A stretch of DNA of 63,099 bases, filler included, from Bonamia ostreae (Eukaryota): NCBI GenBank assembly GCA_040357525.1. It is 32 parts of 32 records of this genome, joined end to end, with 100 filler letters (N's around TTAATTAATTAA, not from the genome) between each part and the next. Parts side by side here need not be neighbours in the genome. Positions count along the whole stretch, not along the records: positions 51,433 to 53,296 come from JBDODL010001252.1; positions 53,397 to 55,257 come from JBDODL010001253.1; positions 55,358 to 57,218 come from JBDODL010001254.1; positions 57,319 to 59,179 come from JBDODL010001255.1; positions 59,280 to 61,139 come from JBDODL010001256.1; positions 61,240 to 63,099 come from JBDODL010001257.1; 26 more parts are not named here. The stretch is one strand, 5' to 3'. The notes under the pieces are model-generated. The model did not search any database and was not told the origin of the DNA. It worked only from the letters and a program-made list of their open reading frames with translations. This document shows, in pieces, positions 52,769 through 63,099 of this stretch. Each line of letters begins with the position of its first letter. Positions within the stretch are counted from its first letter, which is position 1. A program made the position numbers and the translations under genes.

Positions 52769-53296
52769 ATGTTTAAGGAAGTCGTATTTAAAGACATAAT
52801 TTTTATCGAACCAAAATATTTTGGACAAAATCATTTGGAAACGATAAAAGACATTATTAATATCAAATTTCTTAACAAGGTAAATTTTGAAAACGACTAA
52901 TTTTCAATTGTTAAAATTCTTGTTACTTTCAAAAGGTGATCAAAGATGTTGGTTTATGTACATCAATAAGATCCATAAACGACATTGGAGCACCGCATAT
53001 ATTGAAAGGCACCGGCAGAGAACAAGTAACAGTAATCTTTTCTTTGATCGTTTTCTCGCCATTTCCGGGTGAAGTTTTAGTTGGGACTGTTGATTACGCA
53101 GATCGATCTGGATTAATAAGTTTAACTTTAAAAATGAAGTAAGCGTTGATTTTTTTAAAAACATTTTTGTTGCCGCCGATCAAATTCCTGTTCCAAACAA
53201 TTTGTTTTTAGATATTAAAATGAAGTGATGAAAGCGAAAACGTTTGGGAATGGAAATACAAAAATAACAGTTTGTTCATTGATAATGGCGAACAGG
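52769..53296 (+). CDS. POLR3H: RNA polymerase III subunit RPC25/RPC8 (3' partial)
   Basis: KFLNK|VIKDVGLC..VFSPFPGEVLVG..VSVDFFKNIFV..WEWKY. Confidence 0.88.
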
Positions 53297-53396
53297 NNNN
53301 NNNNNNNNNNNNNNNNNNNNNNNNNNNNNNNNNNNNNNNNTTAATTAATTAANNNNNNNNNNNNNNNNNNNNNNNNNNNNNNNNNNNNNNNNNNNN

Positions 53397-54562
53397 TTCG
53401 ATAACGCTTCTCCGCACCTCTCTGACAATGACCGATTCCTTCTCTCCTTCGACTTTGACCTCTCCCAACAACTCGCGCTCCGATATAGCAGCCATCAAAT
53501 CAACGCTCCGGAACGGCCACTCGATTATCTTCTCGACCGTAAACAAACTCAACAACGCAAAATGAACCGCCATTTCCGACGAATCCGTCATTCTCTTAAA
53601 TTCCCTCAACAGCTCTTTCCGAACTTTCTCCGTTTTTGCATCGCCTTCTGCGACGACGGCGTACAGAATCGCTTCTTTCATCAGATCCCGGCGCTCCGAA
53701 CTGCTCAGATCGCTGTTTTCCAGCTCGATCAAGTTGCGGCACGCCGCACTCGCCGCTCCGAAGTCCTCCGCGATTTCCAGATTGTATCTCTTCAATAACC
53801 CGAAATATCTCTTCTTGAGCGCTTCCGGACTCTTGACCTTCTTGTCGAGCCATTCCAGATTGAATTTGTCGACGATCAGTTCGGAACGGGTTTTGTCGCC
53901 GGTTTCCAACAAGAGACGGAATTGTTCGAGCAACAAGTCGAACTTCTCCTCGAAGTCCATCGACCCGAGCGCTTCGGAATTGATTTCTTGGAGCACTTCG
54001 CACGCGCCGACCAAATCTTTGTCGTTTTCTTTGAGCTTCGAGAGAATTTTGGTGGCGCGCGCGAACTCGATTTCGACGTGGATTTTGCCTTTCGAAACGG
54101 TTCGGAGCACTTTCAAGAGCTTGACTTTTGCGTCTATCGCGGCGGTGATTTCGAGGGAGTCGATAGCGGTTCTGACGACTTGGACGACGACTTGTTTCAA
54201 CTGCGCGTGTTTGTTGCAGAGTTGTTCTGTGTGGAGACGCAGATTGTCCCAGTCTTTGGCGTCGATGAACAGATTCAGAATTGTCTCCGCGAGTTCCTTT
54301 GACGATTCAATGTCGTTGTCCTTTATTTTTGACCAAGTTCATTACAAACGGAAATGCCAAAGTGCCGTTTTAACGACAAATTAAAGTTGTGTTTCAATGA
54401 CAAATTAGATAAAATAACTCGGCGCGTTTTCTTTTCGAATTCCAAAAGGGCGTTTGCGGCCGTTGAAATATCTTCTTTTTTGGATTTGACTTGATTTAAA
54501 TGGAATGTTATCAAGTCGTCGACTTCTTTTGCGTGGCTTTTTTTGAGTTTGGGAATTTCCAT
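53397..54562 (-). CDS. PSMD12: 26S proteasome lid subunit Rpn5/PSMD12 (3' partial)
   Basis: LLEFEKKTR|..KHAQLKQ..LRTVSKGKIHVEIEFARAT..GSMDFEEK. Confidence 0.9.
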
Positions 54563-54639
54563 TATTTTTGCGATTTAGTTTGTTTTAAACTGTTTCGATA
54601 TATTAATTGATTTTTAGAAAACCCGCTAAGTTTTTTCGA

Positions 54640-55257
54640 ATGAACGATAAATCGGATTTTGGCAGAATTGACTGTGAATTTACAGAATTGAAATTTCATT
54701 TTAAGGACTTCATTAACAAAATAAGATCGATTGAAGAGCATAAAAATTGCGACGAGAATAAAAATGGCGAACGTTTTTATTTTTCAACAATTTTTTCGAA
54801 AATATTTTTGTTAAACAAAGAGCTGAACGATCGCTTTGAACAATCGCATTCTCAACCATCAAAAAATCTATCTGACAGCAAAAAAATATTGCAAACAAAA
54901 ATAGACGTTTTTTCAAATAAATCCTGTTCTCAACAAATCTTGAGCGACAAAAACGAAATTAAAAAACGTTTTCCAAATTGAAATTTTTGTAAAATTTTAA
55001 AATTTCTAAATAGAAAAATCAAAATCGCCAAAAATCGATTTCTCGAAATTTGGCGTTCAGTTTCTGTTAAACGTTTCTAAGCAGAGCACTGTTGTTATAA
55101 TTCTGAAAGTAAATTATTTGGACAACAATATAAACTCTTTTGTCGCGAGATATTGCATCAAATTATTAGCAAATTTGGTTAAAAGACCGATGCGCAAGAA
55201 CTTTGGAAATTTTGTATATGAAATTGATTTAAAAGATTATTCTAAAGCTTTCAAAAT
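54640..55257 (+). CDS. Hypothetical protein, multi-exon, divergent from RPN5
   Basis: ORF segments with GTTT..AAG-type breaks; no recognised motif. Confidence 0.35.
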
Positions 55258-56469
55258 NNNNNNNNNNNNNNNNNNNNNNNNNNNNNNNNNNNNNNNNNNN
55301 NTTAATTAATTAANNNNNNNNNNNNNNNNNNNNNNNNNNNNNNNNNNNNNNNNNNNNAGATATGTCAAAACCATGCTTCAGTTTATAGGATGAATGAATA
55401 TTAGTAACCATATCTATACCGATTTCCTAAACTTCACTAAGTCGATAGGTTCGATTTTATATGAGAGTTTTACTTTTTGGGGGGTATTGTACTCATATAT
55501 TCATTTCCATGTTGTAACAACTAACACGACAATTGACCATATTTGTACAGACAATTGACCATGTGACAGAAAATAAAAATGCTCATCCGTGAGATATGCT
55601 TTTTTCTGTGATTGATACCCACATTTCGGTGGAAGATGAAAGAAAGGAGAACTTTCTAAATGATCCTCACATAACTTACATTAAAGTTTATTCTTATTTC
55701 CTTGGTTTTAATGAAGTATTTTTCAAAACTATAAACTTATGTGAAGTTACCCTATCATTTTTGTAATTCAGTTTTACTTAAATATGATATATGCGTAATT
55801 TTTCGGAGTTATGGACTTTCCTAAGAGTTTAGAAAATGTTTGTATTAAATAAATATAGAAATATCCCAAAAAGAAATCTATTCGTGCCGATTTTTAAACG
55901 GGAACCACCTATTGATATCCAGAAATTATTTAATCAATAGAAGAAACAATAAATCGTAAATTCTTTCAATTTAAATCATTCACATCGCATAACACCCTGC
56001 TGGCAGCCCAATCAAATTTAAATCATTTCCACATAATCAATATCTAGAAGAAGAAAAATCCGAGTCATGGGATTTCCATCTACTTGCGTTTTATAATAAA
56101 CTACATACATTCATGTTTTATACAAGTAAGATATGTTATATGTCCGTTGATGTTTGGATGCAACAAGCTCTTTGTGAAATGCAACAATTTTAATATTTGT
56201 ATGATGCTAAATCCGTGGCATTGAGATTCTTTATTTTGCCAACAAATACCGTAGCATGGTATCTATGTTTAAAGTTCTCATGCTGAAGACTTATCCGAAA
56301 AACTTGGGACTATTATTTTTTATGCTGGAGGCCTGACGAGGGAAAATCCCCTTCTTTATATCAAGACGATTTGCAAAGAGAGAGCATCAGGAATTATTCT
56401 TTTTTTTTCTTGGTGCTGTTTTACCATAAAGTGTCATTTTTTTTCTGTCCATCAATAATGAATAAATAC

Positions 56470-56545
56470 CGGACGCGATAGTTAGAGCGCTCGCTTCGCA
56501 ACTTGAAGGTTCGATTTCCATGTTCGATCCCGAAGCAGTATAAAA
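56470..56545 (+). mobile_element. Degenerate host tRNA-derived SINE head
   Basis: GTTAGAGCGCTCGCTT..GTTCGATCCC, related to 59280-59367. Confidence 0.5.
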
Positions 56546-57318
56546 CCTTAGACGTGTAAAATCTAGCATTATAAGTGGAGATTACGGGTTTTTTTAATAT
56601 GACCATCAAAACGCAGACCCTGTGTCACGGTATTGCAAGGGCCGTATGTGTCATGCATAAATCAAAATCTGTGGCACATCACCTGAAGTTGGTTACACCC
56701 ATACATGAGTGAATATTTTTTGAATGGGACGCAAAGCAGCATATAATAGAATAAAGAATAATCTACTCATCGTTTGGTAACATTATTATGATAATATGAT
56801 AATAGCAATGAAAATAAGTTAAAGACATCTTCTAAATGGTTTCTATTACATAATAAGCTATCATTATGAAAAAAATATAACAACAAGGTAAAATGAATAC
56901 CTCTCTGATGAAGAAAACGTTTATTTGTACACAGCGGAAAAAAACCCACCAAACAAACAACTTTTACTACATTGATACCTCTCAGGATTAGCCATGCTGA
57001 ATAGCCTAAATATATATGTGTTCGTACCATTAGGCACACAAACATTGAGGGAAGGTAATTAAAGCTCATTTGCAGACTATATAGATGTCTATAAGAAAGC
57101 TTGGATATGGATAAAGACATTGCGATTTTAAGATTCGATTGATTAAGCTGGATGTATGTTTTGAGATAAGTATTTATATATTTTCTTAATCTATATGAAT
57201 TCCAAATAAATTACTATTNNNNNNNNNNNNNNNNNNNNNNNNNNNNNNNNNNNNNNNNNNNNTTAATTAATTAANNNNNNNNNNNNNNNNNNNNNNNNNN
57301 NNNNNNNNNNNNNNNNNN

Positions 57319-58576
57319 CGGTCATCAACGTGAATATGTATGGTTGGTGTCCAAAGATCGATTAATGACGATTTTGCAGAATAACCCAATGTGACAAGTT
57401 GAGTTATTGAAGAGGATAGCAAATTATCAAGGGAAAAAAGGATTTTTAGATTTAAAGGCAAATCTTGTTTTCCTTTCAAAATTGTTGGTTTTTCGGAAAA
57501 ATAGACTAGATTTAGACATTCGTCATTTTGCAGTTTAATCGGATAAGTTATCTTTTTAATGAAAATTTGCAACAATAAAGAACGTTATATTAACTCTTTT
57601 AATACTTTAATTATTGACCGTGACAACAATTAAAGGATCTTATTTTAGGACGATTGTGATAACAAATAAAATTACTTTTTGGTTTGGTACCAATCTTAAT
57701 TTTGGAGAATTATTTTCTTCTCCGGATGTTTTTTCTGCTAATAAGTCAACTTTGCTAATTACTACCGAATCTCTAATTGCTGTTTCGACCGCATTTTTAA
57801 CTATTATTCTAACAAAGACATTTTTCTTTTTATTTGTTATTCTAAACGATATCTTTTTTCCAAATTTTAGAAAATAAGGGACGGAAATCGAAAAATTGCG
57901 CTAAAAAACTTTAAATGGTTCTATAAGAGTCACAGATTTCGAAACCATTCTAACATCTTTTCTCTTGATTAAAGCTAGATGTTGTATTTTTTTTTGTTCA
58001 TCGGATAAAGAATAAACAGATTTTTCGCTGTAAGTTTTCTTGACATTTAGCAAACCCATTTCTTTCTGGTCAAAATGGTTTACATAAATTTCAATTGTGT
58101 TTTTGTCAGCTAATTCCTTTGAAGCTTTGTTTTGGTATCAGAGTTTTACCATTAATTTTTTGGTATGTCGTTTTAGAATTTTACCGGTTATAAAATTATT
58201 GTAAATTAAAATTGTTTAAAAACGCAGTTGAAGCTGTACAATAGCACAGAAAATTTTATTTTTGAAAATATTGTGCACTTTTAAATTTAAAAAAATAGTT
58301 TTGTCATTGATTCTGACAAGTCCAGACAAAACGAACTTTGTCCCTGTCGGCATTTTTTGGTACTTGAAAATGACAACAGCGAAGACCAGTTCGTCTTTTT
58401 ATAAAAACAAAGTTACTTTTGAAGACGTAATTTCTGAATTTGAGGTTGATAAGTCCTTTATTGTAAATTTTGACGATTTGGTTGTAATCGTAGCTGGAAT
58501 CCACTAAATAAATACCTTCATCGAGGGATATCGGAAAAGATTCATTTATGCTTTTTCCTCGTTGAATATCATACAT
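57319..58576 (-). CDS. Hypothetical multi-exon beta-rich protein (3' partial)
   Basis: ATG at 58576; a 22-nt GTAACT..AAAAG intron restores the frame; further ORF segments follow. Confidence 0.4.
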
Positions 58577-58690
58577 TGATGGCTAAACTACGAAGAATTT
58601 TTTATGTAGAATATTTAATCATTTATAACAACGAGCTTAAATTGTGAAAACATTTTAAGGTTTGTGGATATAATAAATTTAGTTTTGCAA

Positions 58691-58942
58691 ATGTCAGAGG
58701 AATATAACATAGGGCCGAACCTGGCACCGTGCTTTAAAGTGCCGAAAAATCAACAACCGATTTTCCTTTGCGCAAGTTTTGCAACAAGTGCTAAATTTTA
58801 AGACTGCAACGCAGAAAACAAAGTTAGAGAAAGAGATATGGTCGGTTGCAAAGTCTGCGGATACAAAATTTTATTCAAAAAGAGACAAATTAGACGTTTT
58901 TAATACAAAACTTAAAAAGCCGTGATGCACGAAGCAAAATGA
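58691..58942 (+). CDS. POLR2K: RNA polymerase I/II/III shared subunit RPB12/RPABC4 (not in ORF track)
   Basis: FLCA|NCNAENK..VGCKVCGYKILFKKRQIR|PVMHEAK*; introns 58776-58802 (27 nt) and 58896-58919 (24 nt). Confidence 0.9.
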
Positions 58943-58945
58943 TTT

Positions 58946-59179
58946 TTAAAATTTGGCATTTTTTTGTAATTGAACACGAACAGGTTTCGTGTGCGAATTC
59001 TCTCTATTTGTGCGCTCAGTAATTACCGACAACATGACTGGTTCGTTATTCACAATTAGTCCATTTAACCGATCAGCGATTTCTTTGGCCTTCGCCTTTA
59101 TTTTGTCTTTAAAACTAAATTTGGCAATGACACTTCTGCTGTCGAGTAACTTTTGTTCGAATTTAAATTTCTGACAACA
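58946..59179 (-). CDS. C-terminal fragment, possibly RRM-like
   Basis: Open frame ..AKFSFKD..AKEIADRLNGLIVNNEPVMLSV..* from the contig edge. Confidence 0.4.
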   Translation of the reverse strand, partial: CCQKFKFEQKLLDSRSVIAKFSFKDKIKAKAKEIADRLNGLIVNNEPVMLSVITERTNRENSHTKPVRVQLQKNAKF

Positions 59180-59279
59180 NNNNNNNNNNNNNNNNNNNNN
59201 NNNNNNNNNNNNNNNNNNNNNNNTTAATTAATTAANNNNNNNNNNNNNNNNNNNNNNNNNNNNNNNNNNNNNNNNNNNN

Positions 59280-59367
59280 GCCCTAGGTTTGACACATCCC
59301 TGGCACGAGCGGAGCTCGAACTCACGATTTCCGGGTACCAAAGCGAACGCTCTACCACCGAGCTACC
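59280..59367 (-). mobile_element. Host tRNA-derived SINE head
   Basis: GGTAGCTCGGTGGTAGAGCG (A box)..GAGTTCGAGCTCC (B box), no full cloverleaf. Confidence 0.65.
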
Positions 59368-59808
59368 TGTACCACTACCAGTTATATGGTTAGATATGGA
59401 TTGTTACAATGTGCACTTCATGTGCATATAGAGTCATATTCATGTGTTCCCATACATCCCAATTGTATAACCATTAATATTTGTCCTGTACAACTTCATG
59501 GTTCCTATTTTTGAGATTACAGCTAAATCTTCACAACTTTAGTACATGTACATAGTCATTATTCATGTACCAGCAGTGATGTTCGTATTGGGTCAATGAT
59601 TTAATCCAGTGAAACGAACATGGTAGAGTACAGTTTCCTAAGACTTGCCATCGAAAAGAAATTGGGCGTTACGGAAATGCGCGAAATAAATTAGAATTAG
59701 GTTATTAGAACTTCGTATCAGCTTTAAGGCTATGAAGGAAAACCCCATGATAACAACATCAGCTTATCAAACTTTATTGGTTTACTCCATGGGTCTCAGA
59801 GACTAAGC

Positions 59809-61076
59809 TCAACAATTCCGGTTCAGAATTTCAGATTTAGCAAACTCCTCCGACGACAGCAAGTCGTTTCCTAAAAGTTGAAATATTTTTGTTTTTAAAG
59901 AAGCATACATTATTTACAATTGTCCATGCATACGTTTTATTTAAAATTTTATTTTCATTTTTTGGGGGGTTGGTTGGTTTTAAATGAGAGAGAGAGAGAA
60001 GTGTATGCAGAGAATCTTTGAAAGCTTACTTATAAAATCACTTTCAGGGAATAAACATTACAGTGTAAATATTTCTAACTTACCATCTTCATCTGTCTGA
60101 TCAAATATTCGGTGTAGATTTCTCGATCCTGAATATGACCGCGTGACATCATAAAACTCTTCCCAGGTTAACCGTCCGTCGCCATTTTTGTCCCAGGCAT
60201 CAAATGAACAGGAAAGTTGCTCAGAGTGAACTGGCTAAAGCGACGTTATGAAAAACTATTAAAAAGAATAACACTCAATTCGCACAGTTTCATGAGACTA
60301 TTTTTTAACAATTGCTTTCTTCTTTTCTTCTTTCTAAAACCTGACAATGGACGTCTGTAGCTTGATTCATTGAGTCTAGAACGACTAAAATACGAGTGAA
60401 ATGAATATAAATTAATAGTTATCAGAAACTTTGACTGTGGGAAATACTATGATTCGCAGCATTTGTGTCTGAAAAAAATATACAAAAATCCTTCAATTTA
60501 TGCTCATTTATCATTGAAAGTGTTTGAAATCCTTGAAGTTTATAAAATTCAAACTTTATATATTAACTGCCACAGATATTCTTTCATTTCATATTTATAT
60601 ATAATTAAAACAAACTATTTACAGTGTATCTCTCGATGGCTGAATTTTTGGGGGTCACTTTTATTCAGCTCATTTTAATTAATAACTTTTAGTAATCATA
60701 TCGTAAGGAAAATACGATCGAGAGTAAGTTGATTAAAAGGTTTGGGGGGACACTAGTACATGGAAAGATGAAAATCAATGATTCAATATTTTTTTCATGT
60801 TTTACCTGATTTCTTTTCCACAATCTGATTTTCACTTTAATTTTGATTTTGACTTTGATCCTTATAAATTTCTTTTTTCTCTGTAGCTCTGTTTCATCAG
60901 AGAAACAACACGATATCAACAGACCGATGAAAAGTAAAACCAGGGTCTCCTACAAAATAAAGACACCATGTGAATGTTTCTTCCAACAATTTCTAATTGG
61001 AATTTAGTTTGAAATTTTTAAAAGTTTAAGAAATTAAAAACTGTGTACAATGTACATTATGTATTACCTTTCTCAT
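59809..61076 (-). CDS. Host secreted precursor: signal peptide + cationic alternating peptide + two EF-hands
   Basis: Exons 61068-61076, 60806-60949, 60084-60234 and 59809-59870 with GTAA donors and TAG acceptors; DKNGDGRLTWEE and DEDGNDLLSSEE loops. Confidence 0.75.
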
Positions 61077-62099
61077 TTCGCCAGCACAAATGGTGGTTTG
61101 ATTATTTGAAGCAAAATACCGATAACTATTTATTCATTCNNNNNNNNNNNNNNNNNNNNNNNNNNNNNNNNNNNNNNNNNNNNTTAATTAATTAANNNNN
61201 NNNNNNNNNNNNNNNNNNNNNNNNNNNNNNNNNNNNNNNTCCATACAAGAAAATACATTCATTGTCTAGGATTAAAGAAATGTGTGAATTCAGATATACT
61301 AAGTTTGCGGTCATCGTATGGTGAAGTTGATGACAAGTTCGCTCTACAGACTGGAAATGAAAGATCTTCCATACTTCCTCGTAAGTGTACGGCCAAAGAA
61401 TGTATTGATAAATTATTGCCCTTTGGTTACAGATTCAAAGTTGCATTTAAATGTTCAAGAACATATAGATTTAAAAGAATTTTCAGCTCACAGACTTACA
61501 CGTATTTTGTGCCATTATCATAAAATACAAACTTGCATGTATTATTTCAAAGATGTTGTGAAAGAAACAAGGACAGAAAGTGCTTATGGAACCAAGACGA
61601 AAAAAGGCCAGAGGCGAAGAGCTTCAGGAGAGGACGTCGGTTGTCCAGGACATGACGTCAGTTCGTGATATTTCCTCACCTTGGCCGATTGATTTTGATA
61701 GATTGGTAGAGACCATCATACGGAGACAGAATGTGAACAAACCCTTGTATAACAACCACGTGTCCATTGTTTATTGTTTGGAGTTACACACCTCCCGGTA
61801 TAAAACATTTTTTTATATAACAGTGTTGCTCCTGTCTTTTTCTGCAGGGATACAAATAAGTATAGCCACTCCACAACGGATTAAAAAACAATTTGAAGTA
61901 AACAAAATGTGAATTTAGTTTCTCCTCTTCCTGACTTTCAGGAGGACGTGGTATCCTTACAGGTTGAGCAAGGAAGCATTACTGTGGCTTCTCAAAGGGA
62001 AAAGAAAAATTCATTGAACATTTATCAATGGCCAAAATAATGTATTTCTGATTTTTGCAGCAGTGTATTTGGAGGGTAAACCGGATGAGGCACCTTAGT

Positions 62100-63000
62100 T
62101 TTGAAAGTGTATGGCTACATTACGCCGTATTTATGCTACCAATGGTAATGTAACATGGCAATGTGATGATTTTAGAAGATATGAGAGTTCAGCTCTCTTC
62201 CTTATTCTCGTGTCCCTAATAAAACAAGTTTGTAGCCCTCTTGAGCAAAACCATGGCATGCTTACAACAATGATCAATCGTACACCTCCATCTGTTTCTC
62301 CAAACATTTTGCATCTATTGTGAAGACTCTCATCCCAGATTCCAGTGTACAAAGGCACAATCAACTACATCGGGGAACAATGAAACAGAACCCAACCTAC
62401 CTCCTAAATATTTAAACTTTAACAGTCCAGTAAACCCTTGTAAGCTTAGTGTGCTTTTATAAGGTTATGATATGAACATAAAACAATATTTTATTGAAGG
62501 CTTTTCTCGGGGTTAGGGTGCGTGTCATTTCCAGAGCCTGGATCATGTAAGAATCATTCATCAGCTCGATCAAATTTTCAACATGCAAAAGACACGTTGC
62601 AACAGGAACTTGTTTGATGTCGAATTAGGGCCCCTTCCAAGAGCTACCTTTTTTCTGATTTAGTATGTACCCTTTTAGGAGTAGTAACGTAATCTAGACC
62701 GGGCAAATATCGTTTAATTCACGACCTGTCGTTTCCTTTACAAAATTGGGTTAAATCATATATCCCTGATGAAGCGGCTACAGTTCAGTAGAATACTATC
62801 TTTGCATTTATCCAATTGGTTAAGAAATTTGGCAAAGGATGGTTGATGGCAAAGAAAAAATTGAGGATGTTTTTCGTATTGCCCCCCCCCCCCATCATAG
62901 TTGCTACAAGGCATTTCCTGGAATGGCGAATTTTATTATGATATATGCTTTCACATGGGGGTAGAAGTAGCTGTAGGATTTTTGAAACTTTGAGTTAATA
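62100..63000 (+). mobile_element. Degenerate DIRS/Ngaro-type retrotransposon (RT remnant with stops and frameshifts); host-type
   Basis: PGKYRLIHDLSFP..YIPDEAATVQ*..LVKKFGKGWLMAK..IEDVFR. Confidence 0.7.
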
Positions 63001-63099
63001 TATTTCATGTAGGTCGCATGTCACATATGATATATGTTTTCTTTTTCATCTGTGCAAAAGTTTCATGGAATGTGATCAGGGTTTAAGAAAGTGTATTTT

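Overview
This is not contiguous DNA. It is 32 unrelated contigs of about 1.86-1.89 kb, sorted by decreasing length and joined by 100-nt artificial spacers (N44-TTAATTAATTAA-N44). Two eukaryotic genomes are interleaved. About 21 contigs come from a very compact protist with dense housekeeping genes, intergenic gaps often under 150 nt, and many 19-28 nt introns that nearly all start GTT(T) and end in an A-rich (T)AA..AG with no polypyrimidine tract. About 11 contigs look metazoan and bivalve-like: GTAAG/GTATGT introns with pyrimidine tracts, otopetrin, RNF213-like and EGF-repeat exons, tRNA-SINEs and a DIRS remnant. The best-fitting interpretation (inference) is an intracellular SAR/rhizarian parasite of the haplosporidian/ascetosporean type assembled together with its mollusc host. 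The ORF track misses or fragments most genes because of the micro-introns, so gene models here were rebuilt by hand and family calls rest on recalled motifs, not database searches. Highlights are the divergent GTT micro-intron system, a stand-alone DHFR with no ATG (TTG start), a kinase-less RIOK3 N-terminal-domain protein, a TSH-motif MAPK, a vWA-TM adhesin candidate, and a complete host precursor (signal peptide, alternating K/I/V cationic peptide, EF-hand pair).
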